Shown here: positions 26,213-38,790 of the stretch, in pieces
Layout: each line of letters opens with the position of its first letter
How positions within the stretch are numbered: position 1 is the stretch's first letter
NCBI GenBank assembly: GCA_028023455.1
Contig: JAQFVV010000002.1
Location: 32,240,001 to 32,304,000 of the forward strand
DNA from: Epiperipatus broadwayi
Lineage: Eukaryota; Animalia; Onychophora
Direction of reading: 5' to 3'
DNA: 64,000 bases
Notes under the pieces: generated by a model
Database searches by the model: none
Told to the model about the DNA's origin: nothing
What the model saw: only the letters and a program-made list of their open reading frames with translations
Program-made: the position numbers and the translations under genes

Positions 26213-29200
26213 TTCTGAAATGTCAATTATGATCTGATAATTTACAATTTATTGGCTCATCCTCATAATTTAGTACGTAAAAATATTAATAATGAGCTCA
26301 TCATATACAGATTCTACATGAACTTTTTCAATGGTGCATAACCCAAGGGATACTTAAATTTTATACATTGATTTATGAATAAGAAAGTACTAATTTAGAA
26401 ATCATTTATACCCTTTTTTAGAGTTTTGCTATATTACCGACTTCATTTTTTTTTTTAAAAAAATGTTGTGATTCTATATTTTTTTTTTTTTTTCATTTCA
26501 GCGAATGAAGCGAATGCAATTGCATTATCTGCAACTGAATTCTTATTTGAAAATTTGTTTCTACCGAATGAAAGGATTACACAATCACAGATATTTGCTT
26601 CCAAATAATAATTAGAAACACTTTGTAGTAAGAAATAAAAAAAACACTATGAAAACTACCACTAATTATGATAAAACTATTTGTTTGTTGCACAAGTTCA
26701 CAGATATTTAATATTTTCACACACGTACGTTATTTCTAATTGATCAAGACTATCAATAAAGAGGCTTTTAATTTAAAGATGCATGGTGAATTGGTGGAAG
26801 GAACATTGTTGCCAACATTTTTTCTCTTGGTTCATTTAGTGAACATTTACATTAGACTTGAGTGTCTTTAAATACCCAATTTTCTAAGAACAGCCATATA
26901 TAGATGTCATAAGACATTCTAGAATAAAAGAGCGTTAAACATTGACCATTTTATCTTGATGCCAGACATATTTGAGAAGTTGTATAGAAATTACTCATTT
27001 ATGTGTATATCTTGAGATTAATGGCATATTTATCTTTGTATTGATATATACTGCGTATATAGATGCTTTATTTCTATCATAAAAAGCTTGCTTTTACTTA
27101 AAAAAATGGGTTTAACTGAGTTTAAATATAAACTTTTTCCCAAACTGTGTTCTTATGTTACATAAAAATGATTTGCTAAAATAAATATCGTGCATAATAA
27201 ATATAATAATTTGTTTTAGTTACCTTTGTCCACTTGTTCCATTCATATTGCTACTCATCCTTGTTTCTCTTCTATGATTGTTCACATTGCAAATTTTTAT
27301 TCTAATTTAGATTGCATGTCATGAAGCACTATGTAATATTACAACTAATTGGAACTGTTTCAAAAACAGTAAAACTGAAGATAAACTCAATATTAATGTA
27401 ATGATAATATAATCAATTTATTATATACAAAATATTTACAACTGAACATCTTTTTGCCACATCATTACACGTTTTTCTATCATTTTATAATAAAAGTTTA
27501 CTTATTTATCCAGTTGTATTAATCTTTATTATTATATCACTTAAGATTTTGTGTAAATTTAATTCTATTACTATTTCTCTTAAGTAGTTAATTTTTTCCA
27601 ATATTATTAGTATCCAATTAATCTCGCCTTAATTATTATTTAGTATTTTACTTCTGAAGTGTAATTTTTTGTGATTTTGAGTTTATGCTGACTTAATCAA
27701 TATGTATATGACTGATTTTATCTTTTTGATTATTCTTTTCATACTTACGGTATACCAAGTACTACTTTCACATCTCTTTCAATGATTATATGTTAAATTT
27801 AAGCAAGAATTTCAAATCTTTAATCAAATGAATGATTAAACATTTTGGTAATGAATATTATTTACAAGACTTCATAGACAGTTACTTGCTTTAAATTGAT
27901 GTCAAAAATTCATATTTAAATTTCATTAACAATATTTAGTAATAACTAGAAATATCCTGATCACAATATGTGACTTAATTCAGTTATTCTTTGGTTAGGA
28001 TACAATACAGAAAGATATAAAAATCTTTGAGAGGCATACTTGCACATATTCATCAAGTAAAAACGATCTTATAAGAAAGTTTTTTCTCATTACCTTTACA
28101 TTTAACACTTTAACTACAATATATATTAGAAATATTCGTTGGCTTGTGATATAGGACATGTTACTTGTAGCCTGAAAAACCCTAAGAAATCAGCAATATA
28201 TAATATTCTTGATCACTAATATGGCCATCTCTTAATCTTCAAATAAAATAAAATAAAGCAATACCCAACTTTGATTTCAAATTAACTGACATGGATCTAT
28301 ATAATTTTATATTGAATTCAAATGATAGGAGTTTTAAGTTATAATCAGTATTTTTTTCCCAACATGAACACACTTCACCTTTTAACTATTCCATGTGCAC
28401 ACGACTCAAATCATCCTTTAAATCCCCACAAAATTGATAGAACAATGTAACTTATTTTGTATTTTAAATGATAAAAGAACTTTCAATGCTTTATATTTTT
28501 TTTTAGACATTATGTTCAAGTAATTTTGGACATAAATACTTTGTTTTCTGTTATTTTAATATTTCTCTTTTTAAACGATTATGTCATAAAATTATGTCCA
28601 CATTTACTTCTTGGTAATCTTATACCTAAACATATAATGTTTTATCATTAAGAATTAATAAATTAATTTAATTTAAAATTGTTACTTGTAATTTTTTATT
28701 TATGACATGAATATGATTTTTAATAAAACAGTTTATTTTACATTAGTTAAATAGTTTAAATATTTTTAATGGATTATTTCCTAATGTAAGTAAAATTTTA
28801 CTTTCATCTAATACACATGGTTAATCATCAGATCTCATACATCTTTAAATCACATTTGAAATATTTTATATAAACTAATAAAGGTCATCTTCATTTCATA
28901 TTTAAGTGATTTATTTCACATTTTATAAGTCAATGAAATACGATAAATTTGATTTCAGAGGGTATTTAAATTAACATTCACCTTAGATTTACACATTAAC
29001 TTTGAAACGTGATTCTTATTCTTGATTAGTAAATAACATATTTTAAGCATTCTAAACAATTTTAATAAAATAGAATATTAAAATTAAATAACAGACAAAA
29101 TTCTATGATCTTACTACAAGATTAATAATATATTTTGAATCCAGTATTTGAATGACTATATATATTTATTTCTATTTAAAATTCGAAGTTAAATCAGCAA

Positions 29201-29544
29201 ATTTTTGCAAAATAATGAACAGTTACAGATTTTTTTCTCGATTATGAGATATGAATATTTTGTTTATATAATTGTAGGTTTCATGTAGCTTCAGTCGATT
29301 TTTGAAATAGGAATTCAAACAATCATTTCTGAACTTGGGGAATAACTTTATAGTTTGTTATCAATATTTAAATTCTTGTGCTTTTGATTTTAATTCTCAA
29401 ATAGCTTTTCTACTCCCAGGAAACTTTCATGATGAATATAAACTGATTCTTGGTAGTCATTAATTTATGGTCTAAGTAAAATAATAAAAATATTTAATTC
29501 CTCCAGATTGAAATTTTTTACATAGATAATATAGTCAAAATAAG

Positions 29545-29745
29545 AGTCATAGATCACATGACCCTATCTCTTAAGCTTGTAAGTTATAAACAATGAGGAT
29601 TGCCAATTCCTCAACAAGCTTTGTGATAATTGCTTAGCCAGCAGCACTTAAAATATCTCTGTCAGGAACCCCCCCAAACCCCTGACCATGGTTTCATGCT
29701 TTGGCACTCCTCGGAGAGATGCCAGGATAGGTTCAGACACTTGAT
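29545..29745 (-). mobile_element. family D element with a mutated hammerhead (29678-29720)
   Basis: The minus strand reads AUCUCU CCGAGGA GUGC CAAA GCAU GAAA CCAUGG UC AGGGGU (core U4 changed to C). Homologous to 33900-34085. Possible 9-bp TSD gataatata. Confidence 0.75.
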
Positions 29746-30148
29746 AATATATTTGTAAATTATATTAAATCTTAAAGAAATTTTTACCATTGGAGTTGAA
29801 AATATGCTGCAGGTTACTTATAAGATTCAACTTGCTAAAAGATCCTAAAAGTTTTTTCAATCATCCAGGATATCTGTTTTTAAACAAATAAAATTTTAAT
29901 TGCTGTTAGGCCTTAGAAATTTGATGTTTCGCTTTTTGATCAGGTATGGCTCTCTTTTTTTTTTTTTTTACATAAATTGTTATTTAGGATTTTAAATTAA
30001 TTAACTTAATTTGACATCTGGCATGCCTTTTTTATTAACTAAGAAAAATAACATTTCTGTATTTAAACTCAGACTTTCAAGCTCTCTACAGCTATCCATT
30101 CCATTCTATACAACCAATATATATGATCATATACATATGAAAAAGATA

Positions 30149-30205
30149 TGATCTCCAATATACATATTTCATGCTGAACCAACACTCATCAGTTGGTCCA
30201 GATCA
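30149..30205 (-). ncRNA. type I hammerhead ribozyme motif (family A)
   Basis: The minus strand reads UGAUCU GGA CCAA CUGAUGA GUGUU GGUUC AGCAU GAAA UA UG UA UA UUGG AGAUCA. The core is intact, stem I has a 3-nt bulge, and the triplet is AUA. Confidence 0.85.
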
Positions 30206-30277
30206 TGATCTCCCACCCATATATATAATCGGTTCTCCATTTATCTGAGCACTGATTATATATGTGTATGAAGATTA

Positions 30278-30334
30278 TGATCTGGACCAACTGATGAGTG
30301 GTGGTTTAGCACGAAATACATATATTGTAGATCA
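30278..30334 (+). ncRNA. type I hammerhead ribozyme motif (family A)
   Basis: CUGAUGA 30291-30297, stem II GUGGU/AGCAC (one mismatch), GAAA 30313-30316, AUA cleavage after 30324. Stem I is CCAA/UUGU plus UGAUCU/AGAUCA. Confidence 0.8.
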
Positions 30335-31663
30335 TTTATCTTTTTCACATATATGTGGTCATGTGTATCAGTTGTATAGGAGTCTGAGTTCAAATCCCTT
30401 TTAATTACATTAAGTTCAGCATAGACAATATACTTGTATTTAAATATTCCTGTTTTTAATTATTTTAATCCTAATTAACATGAAAGAGTTAAGATTTTAT
30501 CTTAAAAGCCAATTAAACATTTTTGTTCTTGGTCTGTAACGACATTTTTCTTTTAAAGTTTTTTAAAAAATTTTAACTTTAGTTTTCTAAGACTTTATTT
30601 GCAAAATTTTACTATTTAACTAAAATAAACTCTGATTTAAGTTGAGTTATCAAATTTCTTATTTTTATTTTTTATTTTATTAATTTAAAAAAAAATCTAA
30701 AAAGTAATTTTATTTAGCTTCATTAAAAATATATATATAAAAAGTCATATACTTAAAATAATTTAAATGAAAATTACATTTTTTTGTTATAACAATTAAA
30801 ATAAATTAGATTTTATTTATTACAAAATTAAAATGAATTATATTTCATTTATTAAATAAGTGTCTATATAAACTCAACTTTACACTATATTCATTTATGT
30901 ATAAGCATAAATATTTTATTATGTGTATGCATATATAATTAGATGCCAAACTAATTAACAAAAATATTTGGATATTCTTAAGTAAATCCGTCTAATGACC
31001 CTTTCCTATCAGAACAAATCTATTTATTCTACTCATTGCTATATCTATGCTTTATGTCTATTAGACAATCTTATATATCATGCAGCAAACACTTCAGTAA
31101 ATTACAATGACTCGCATTTAATTAAAATATTAAATATGTGTAGTTATAACTTTACAGTCGTGTACAATATAGCAAATTTGGCTTCATTGTACAATATTTG
31201 ATATGAAAGTTTCTAAATTTAATTTTTAAGGAGTGTAAAGTAAAATATATAGGTTAGGTGTGAAATTCAGAGTATCTGAATCTAGTCGAATTTCAGTTCA
31301 TATTTATGTATGTGGAAGTTTTAAAAATTTGTTTATTTTTAACCTTTTTTTTTTTTTTTATCTTTTGTGCACATGATTTATGCTTGTAACTAAATCATCA
31401 TTATTCTTTCATTTTCCTTACTGTCTTCAGTCAAGTAATATAGGGTCCATCTTATGACAACTGGGTTGTGTATTTGACCAGTCACTTTTCTATCTTTTAA
31501 TTATACTTTTAGTAATTTTAATTTCTCTCTTTATTGTTTTTTCTCTATCTTTGTATTGAAAAAATGTAATAACTTTATTCATTTATAAGTGATTGTTAAT
31601 GGTTCAAATGTAGTCTTCTCTTATATCTATATTTAAATAAAAAATAAAAGTGAATAAGATTAT

Positions 31664-32020
31664 ATAATGTTCTTTTCCACTAAATCCAATTATACACCCT
31701 CCTTTTTTTCTTTCCAAAATTTTTATTTTTTCATCATCATATATATTACTTGCTTAAAACATCCAACATTTCAACCATTTTATTTGTAGTCACTTTCAAG
31801 GATTTGGGGAATAAAGAAGCAAATCCTTGAAAATGACTACAAGGTCGAAATGTTGGATGTTTAAACAGGAAATATATATATGATGATAAAAAATTAAAGT
31901 TTTATATTTTTTGAGTGGATTTAATGGAAAAGAATATTATATTTTATAAGTTATATATATTTGAAAGAAAAAAAGGAGGTATGTGCTGTTGTAAAAAAAG
32001 GATTTAACAGTAGTGATAAT
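31664..32020. mobile_element. family F head-to-head element with decayed Penelope-type minimal hammerheads
   Basis: 16-bp TSD aagtgaataagattat at 31648-31663 and 32021-32036. The + motif at 31823-31858 reads AUCC UUGAAAA U GAC UACAAG GUC GAAA UGUU GGAU, with a mirror copy at 31761-31803. Confidence 0.75.
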
Positions 32021-32905
32021 AAGTGAATAAGATTATTATTTAACAAGAACTTTAAATGAGCCGTAAGAGAGAGCACTTATGAAATATTCAGAAACTCATA
32101 AATATTGGCACTATTTCACAAAAATGCATTTTGGAGAATTTTTGGAGGAAAAAAAAAAATCAGGGAAAACAGCTTTTCTAAAACATCATAATTATGTTCA
32201 ATAAGATAATGTATAGAGGATATGCTGAGGACATTATCTTCTTTTTTATTTATATATCATTTAAAAAATTTTATTATCTGAATAATAGTTATGGTTCTGT
32301 TATACAACCATATAGTTAAAGTCCAAAATATAGTCTTAAAATTCTTTCAGAAGCATAAAAATTCATGTAATCATTTTCTATAAATCCTGCTTACTAAACC
32401 ATCTTGAAATCCTACTATAGTTTTATTAGGAAGATATATCATTAACACTTGAACCTGTACTTATCAAAAGAAAAAAAAAATTCACACTCATGCAAATAAA
32501 ATATTTTTATGAATATTAAGTAAAATTATAAGTATAGGATTATCATATATATTTTTTTTGCACAACTGTGCATCTTAGAGTGATTGATATATCACGGAGT
32601 TTGGATTATGATCGTTTTTCTTGGCTTTTTTTTTTTTGGAAGCTTTTAGTTTGCAGACTATTTAGACTGGCCACTGCAATTATTATATAAAACTGTCATC
32701 CATGGGAAATATTTTTGAATTATTTGTTCAACAAACTTATAACATTTACAGTTTACTTCTGTTAGAATACCATTTTTATTGATGTTTATAAATTACAGGG
32801 TTTTCCTCTCCTGCAGCTACACCAAATTAGAAGATTTCATTTACTCAAGATAGGGGAAAAAAATTGCTGTTGGGGTTTTTTATGGTATTTTTCTAAATAT
32901 TTAAT

Positions 32906-33263
32906 ATCTAATATACAGGCTATATATATATACCTGTGCAAACAATGTAATATATATAAAGGGTATTTTGAGCTCAGACTTTCACATGACCCTCAACTCT
33001 CCACACTATCTCATACCACTGATACCCTTGACCACATATATGTCTAAAAGATAATCACCAATATACATATTTTGTGCTAAACCAGCACTTGTCAGTTGGT
33101 CCAGATTATCATCTCTACACATATATTGGACCGATGAGTGCTGGTTTAGCACGAAATACATATATTGGTGATTATCTTTTAGACATATATGTGGTCAAGT
33201 GTATCAGTGGTATGAGATAGTGTGGATAGTTGAGGGTCGAAAGCCTGAGCTCAAAATACCCTA
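32906..33263. mobile_element. family A head-to-head element, both hammerheads damaged
   Basis: Inverted arms 32960-33262 (agggtattttgagctcag / ctgagctcaaaataccct). Possible 12-bp TSD taaatatttaat at 32894-32905 and 33264-33275. Confidence 0.85.
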
Positions 33264-33780
33264 TAAATATTTAATTGTATTTGTTAGAAGATGAAATTTG
33301 CATCCTGATTCTTATTATTGAAAAGAGTAGGAACAAATGAGTCTTTTGCAAAAAGAAAAAGATTTATCATAAAAGGAAAAACTAAAACTAATCATCATTG
33401 AAAATAAAAATGAAGTGATGAATTTATTAACTTTTTTGAAATTTGAATAAAATTGCCAATTATCTTCAAATAGAGTTAGTCAATTTAGTACATGAAGAGT
33501 TTTAAAATCTGAAGTCTGACCGTTGTCATATTATTTATTAAGTAATTAGTAAAGTTAATTATTTTAAACTTCTTAGAAGTCTTTTCTTAAATTTTTTTTT
33601 TATAAATATACATACTACCCAATTTGAAAGCTGGTTTCATTTCCAATACAAATCTGGTGGTACTTTTTAGATTTTACACAAGTGGTATTTTCTTTTTAAG
33701 TGGAAAACAAATTCAGTAAAAAGAAAGTGCAATATATATAAATATTGTTCATTTGTTCTCTTCAAGAGTATTAAATAACT

Positions 33781-34085
33781 AAACAAAGGGCTTTGCTAAT
33801 AGCTCAACAAGCTTGGTGATAAATGCTTAGCCAGGTTTTTTTTTCTATTCAATAGTTAACTCTTAGATAAATGCTGGCTTTGGGTTGGTATTTTTAGATC
33901 TAGTGTCTGAAACTATCCTAGCGCATCTGAGGAGTGCCAAAGCACGAAACCATTGGTCAGGCGTTTGGGGGGAGGTTCCTGACAGATATTTTAAATGCTT
34001 TCTCTGGCTAAGCATTAGCAAAGCTCTTTGTTTATATTTTACAAGTTTAAAAGAAATGGGGTCATGTGATATATGACTATTTTTT
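33781..34085 (+). mobile_element. family D element with a short inverted tail fragment at its left
   Basis: 33790-33835 contains ctttgctaat...aaatgcttagccag, the reverse complement of ctggctaagcattagcaaag near 34004-34023. The body is homologous to 29545-29745 and 1-68. Confidence 0.78.
33921..33964 (+). ncRNA. type I hammerhead ribozyme motif (family D), sense to BIRC6
   Basis: GCGCAU CUGAGGA GUGC CAAA GCAC GAAA CC AUU GG UC AGGCGU. Canonical G-C closing of stem II, GUC cleavage after 33958, and one A.G mismatch in stem I. Confidence 0.85.
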
Positions 34086-35828
34086 ATTAATCAACGCTGA
34101 TCTTGTGAAAATCAAAGCACTTTCATTTTTGATAATAGTAATAGGTGCCAATTGATATTTAGTGGGATAAAAAGAAACATTTATTTCATTATGATAAAGT
34201 TGGGTTTTTGATTACATTAAGATTTTTCTGGATAAATAGATATAGCACAAGATTTGAAGAATATTATGGCTCCATTTTTATTGTTGGTCAGTTCTTGTTA
34301 TATCTTATAATAATAATAAGATAACTTGGAATTCTTGCACCAAAAAATTTGCTCATCTATTTTTAAATTTTGCATATCATTTTTGCTGAGTATAATGAAA
34401 CTTTTTTTTAATATTTTATGTAAGACATTCAATAAAAAGTTTACTGAAGATTGTTAATAAATTGGTAATTTTTTAATTTATACTATTATATTATTCCATT
34501 TATTGAGAATCTTTTTTTGTGAATCTTATAAATACAAACGACATCAACTATTCTACTTCAGTGGGCAGCTTTTCCAAAATTTTACCCACATTAATATACT
34601 AAACTTCTTTATTGCCAACTTTAACTTTATTTATAAAAGTGTCAATTTTATTTAGTGAGATTAAAAAAAACTTAATTTCTTTTTTATTAATGATAATAAT
34701 TTCATTATTTTTTTTAAAAGTATAATATGTTGCTTTATATTTTAATATTTCTATTTAAATTTTTTAAAAAAAAAAAAAAAATTATACTATTTTCTTGGCG
34801 TGTATTGAATTGCAATTGACAGAATGTGCAACCTACTTATGAATCATATTTAAATCTTCATACTTCACTTTTCAGATTAATTCTAGCCTATTTACCCACT
34901 TTTCCTTAAATGTGTTATTCCTCAATAAATAGGGCAGATCACCTAGCCAATCAGTGAGAGCCTGTGATTTTGGTGTACCACACCAAAAGCATGCTTAGCT
35001 GTGTATAATAAAAAGAAACTAATTCATATGTAGAAAATAATAAAATCTTTTTGATTGCAAATGTGTTAGTAGTATTTTTTGAAGTTTTTTCCAACATCCT
35101 GAGACTCTCTTATAATTTTTAGATATATATTTTTATCAGTAATTATGTTTCTAGCTTCCATATTTAGAAAGTAATTCATTGCAGAGCACTATTAAAATAA
35201 TTATAGTAATAACTTGTGTCTTTCTTAGCTATCAAAAATGAAAAATAACATTACTTTTCTCAGTTGTCAAAAAATAAATTAGAAAGAATGGAGTTTTCTA
35301 TACTCATACTATTATATGTCATGAATATGATAGAGTAAATATATATTGAAAGCTTGTTAGGCAGTAATAAAGCTAAATATTAAAAAAACTATCTTTTGTG
35401 TATGTATTTTCATTTTATCAGATATTACTTTGGCTCAGAAAAGAAGAAAATTAGTAACAATTGAATTATAAAGCTTTAGATTTATTGTTTAATGTTTGCC
35501 ATTTAGACTAGATGATAACATTCATTTTGTTTGGTAAACATCCTACAAAAAAATTGTAGGTTTATGGAATCTTTTTTGTTTTTTAATTGAACTGCTTTTT
35601 GTGCTTATTTGTTTTCAGTAAATTTTTTTTGGAAATTATATATATTGTAAATAATTACATGTTTGAAGCTAGTTGTAGTTTGTAAAGCATGTCATGTCAG
35701 TTTGTATAATGTTAAAGCTGGTTACACATTATAAACATATACTGTATTATATCAATTAATAATTTTTAAAGATAGTTTTTAAATATTTATAACTATATAT
35801 TACACAGAATTGTTAATCTTTTTTTTAG

Positions 35829-35902
35829 GTCTGAACATGAAAGGCATTCTCCTACTTGTCCTTTTGTAAAAGGGGAATTTACACATAATGTTCCTTATTC
35901 TG
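35829..35902 (+). CDS. BIRC6: BIRC6 exon, BIR C-terminal half
   Basis: Acceptor ttttag|G and donor G|gtaagc. TG+G gives Trp, then SEHERHSPTCPFVKGEFTHNVPYS, completing the C-x2-C-x16-H-x6-C zinc ligands. Confidence 0.97.
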
Positions 35903-36049
35903 GTAAGCAAATATTTGATATTAATTTACCCCATGTTAATGCAGTACATCTTAACTGAGATTTTTTATATGTTACTTATCATCAACATTTGTTGCAAAAG
36001 CTTGAACTTTTTTTTAATGTGTATGTGTGTATATACATATAATATTTAA

Positions 36050-36812
36050 ATATATGTAATTATAAGGGATTGAACTCAAACTTTCAAGTTCCCTACATCT
36101 ATCCAATCTATCTTATACAAGTGATACACATGACCACATACATGTGAAAAAGATGAGCTATCTCCAATAAATCAGAACTCATTAATTGGTCCAGATCACC
36201 ATCTACCACACATATACAATCAGTGTTCAGTTTATATTAAGATAGCAAATCTTTAAACTTTAATGGATAAGCTTCAATCTTATCCACTCTCTAACTCTTC
36301 AGCCATTCATTTCATTGAAAATTCGAGAATGGAATGCTCAAAGCCCTTGTTGATGCCAGTATTATTGTCATATCCTAGTTGACCTTAAGTCAATCTGACC
36401 TCTCACACATAGGCCCTTAATATGCCTATTTAATTATACAGAAGAGGGATGGGCAGAATACAGGCTAAATGTCTAATATTTAAATATATATATAGTTTAT
36501 ACTAAACTTATGTAATTATAAGGGACTTGAATTTCCAATGAAATGGATGGCTGAAGAGTTGGAGAGTGGAGAAGATTGACACTTGTTCATTAAAATTTAA
36601 AGATTTGCTTTCTTAATATAAACTGAGCATTGATTGTATATATGTGTGGGAGATGGTGATCTGGAGCAACTGCTAAGTGCTGGTTCAGCACAAAATGCGG
36701 ATATTGGAGATCACATATCTTTTTCACGTGTATGCGGTCATGAGTTGTATAAGATAGATTGGATAGATGTAGGGAGGTTGAAAGTTCGAATTCCAAGTCC
36801 CTTAAATATATC
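36050..36812. mobile_element. family A arms (left about 36055-36370, right about 36510-36810), hammerheads decayed
   Basis: These are the longest arms seen. The terminus atgtaattataaggga occurs at about 36056 and 36510, and the right arm ends gttcgaattccaagtccctta. Confidence 0.8.
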
Positions 36813-37087
36813 ATATATATATATATTAAAATCCAAAACTGCCTAACACTATACTTGTAATAAATAAAATACAAAACCATAAAACAATGTAATACTAGAT
36901 AAAAATTCAAACTTTACCAAAATCCTTACACAACCATGGTTTCATCTATTAAACAAATGTTGAAAAATAAATAGGAATATTTTTTGTATGTTTATAAGTA
37001 GTTTTTCAGTTGTGATATATTGAAGCAAAATATTAATTAAAAACAAACCCATCCAAATTAAAATTGTATTATCTAGTAACTGTATTT

Positions 37088-37827
37088 TAGTAAAACAATA
37101 TAGGTGCTGTCAACACCTAAAATGCAAAGCTACTGTTTACTTTTATAGTTAAATTTCTCTGCTGAGTGCTTGCGAGAGGGATGCTCTCATATTCATAACT
37201 CTGAATGAAGTAACTCTCTGTAATTATATGCAAATTATACAAGGTCGAAGGTTAATTGCTCCATTTCTTTGATATCGAGAAGCATGTGTCTTTACAATTG
37301 ATAGCGTAGCAATCCATAGCGATGAAGCAGGCCTCCTTCACTTTTCTTTTCACACCGTGTTTCTCTTTGCAGACCAGATTGATCTCTTGTGGTTTGCACT
37401 GGTGTCCTGCCAGTTTCTGATGTGGTACAAAGATGGAATAGCATGATGGATCTGACTGTGCCTTGGTGTATGAATATCTGTGTTGTAGTAATGTGGTTTC
37501 CAGTGCTGCCTTAGTTTCCCCATAATATGAGACTCTATAATTTGTGTGATTGCATACAATATTGTACACAGCCTGCAGTGTTTGAGCCAGTGTTAGTTTA
37601 TTTTTCATGTTGTTTATTAATCTGTTGGAACTGGGGTGGGTTTGAAAACTTAATTGGAACTGTCTATTAAAAATTTCATAAAATTTATTATGTAAACTTG
37701 GAAGATATGGGAGTAGCAGTCTGTGTGTGTCTACTTTACGGATATTATTGGTTGCTTTATTGTGGAAACGTTTGATCTTTCTGTTGATCAGCGGTTAGGT
37801 GTTGACAGCACCTATATTGTATTACTG
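37088..37827 (-). mobile_element. non-autonomous DNA transposon: 33-bp TIRs enclosing a piggyBac-like transposase C-terminal remnant
   Basis: TIRs at 37088-37120 and 37795-37827 (2 mismatches, right end ...ACTG|TA). The minus ORF reads LVCKEKHGVKRKVKEACFIAMDCYAINCKDTCFSI, resembling a degenerate piggyBac cysteine-rich domain. Confidence 0.6.
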
Positions 37828-38049
37828 TAATTTTCGCATGCAAAGTTTTTGAAACAAGTTCGCATTATAACTGTATTTTAGTTCTGAAATGCTTTATTTT
37901 TGGTATTTTTCTAACTGATAGGACTCCCTTTTCCATATGCCATCCAATGGATACACTATTCCTGTGGTTAAGAGCTTTTACACACATTAATGTCATGAAA
38001 AGTCAGATCAGGGTATAGTACAGAAACTAATTTAATTTATTGTTAAGTT

Positions 38050-38790
38050 AATTGTGGCTCTTCGTTCTAGTACTATTTAGCATAAGCTTATATAATAAAT
38101 GATCACCATATAAAATCCCTATTTTTAATATTTAAATCCTCAGACCAATTTCTGGCTTTTGGTTTTATCAGTGAGGCTCGAGTTACAAAGTTGCAAGGAA
38201 TGTATATATGCATCCAGCATCCACCTTTAACTTCTTTTATTTATCAAGCTAAAAATTTTAAAATTCAAATCAGATTAAAATTATGAACCCAAGGTAACTT
38301 GCTTAAATAGTTATATAGTTCTGAAACCAGTTCAGTAACAATATATTTGGGTATTTTCCATAACTGTAGGCAGTTTACCCCAGGATATGAATATTAAATT
38401 AGTAAATCATCAGACTCGCATCTTAAATAATATAACAGAACAAGAACAGCTATCAAAGTGTCATATAGCATAAGTTTGAGTAATCAGTGATTATTAGATG
38501 CATGTAAAATCCCTATCCTTAATGTTTAAACTCCATTCTCAAATCAGTTTCTGACTTTTGCCTTTATCAGTGAGACTTAGGATTCAAAATTGCAAAGCAA
38601 AGAATGCAGATTGCATCCAGCACCTACTTTTTAATTCAGTTTTATCTGTCAAGCTGAAAACCTGAAATTTAAATTAGCCTAAGATTTTAAAACCAAATCA
38701 ACTTACTTGAATAGTTATATATATTTGAAAGCAGTTCAATAATTATATATTTGAGTATTTTCAGTTTTTCAATAATTGTAGGCACTTTGT
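38050..38790 (-). mobile_element. family E (B-related): two tandem monomers about 394 bp apart, decayed hammerheads
   Basis: taaaatccctat at 38111 and 38505. The minus strand reads CCUCA CUGAUAA AACC AAAA GCC A GAAA UUGG UC UGAGG (38138-38176) and UCUCA CUGAUAA AGGC AAAA GUC A GAAA CUGA UU UGAGA (38537-38575). Confidence 0.75.

Larger units (their letters stand above)
30060..30410. mobile_element. family A head-to-head element with two core-intact hammerheads
   Basis: Inverted arms around 30225-30250, homologous to the 17.7, 33.0 and 36 kb copies. Confidence 0.85.
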
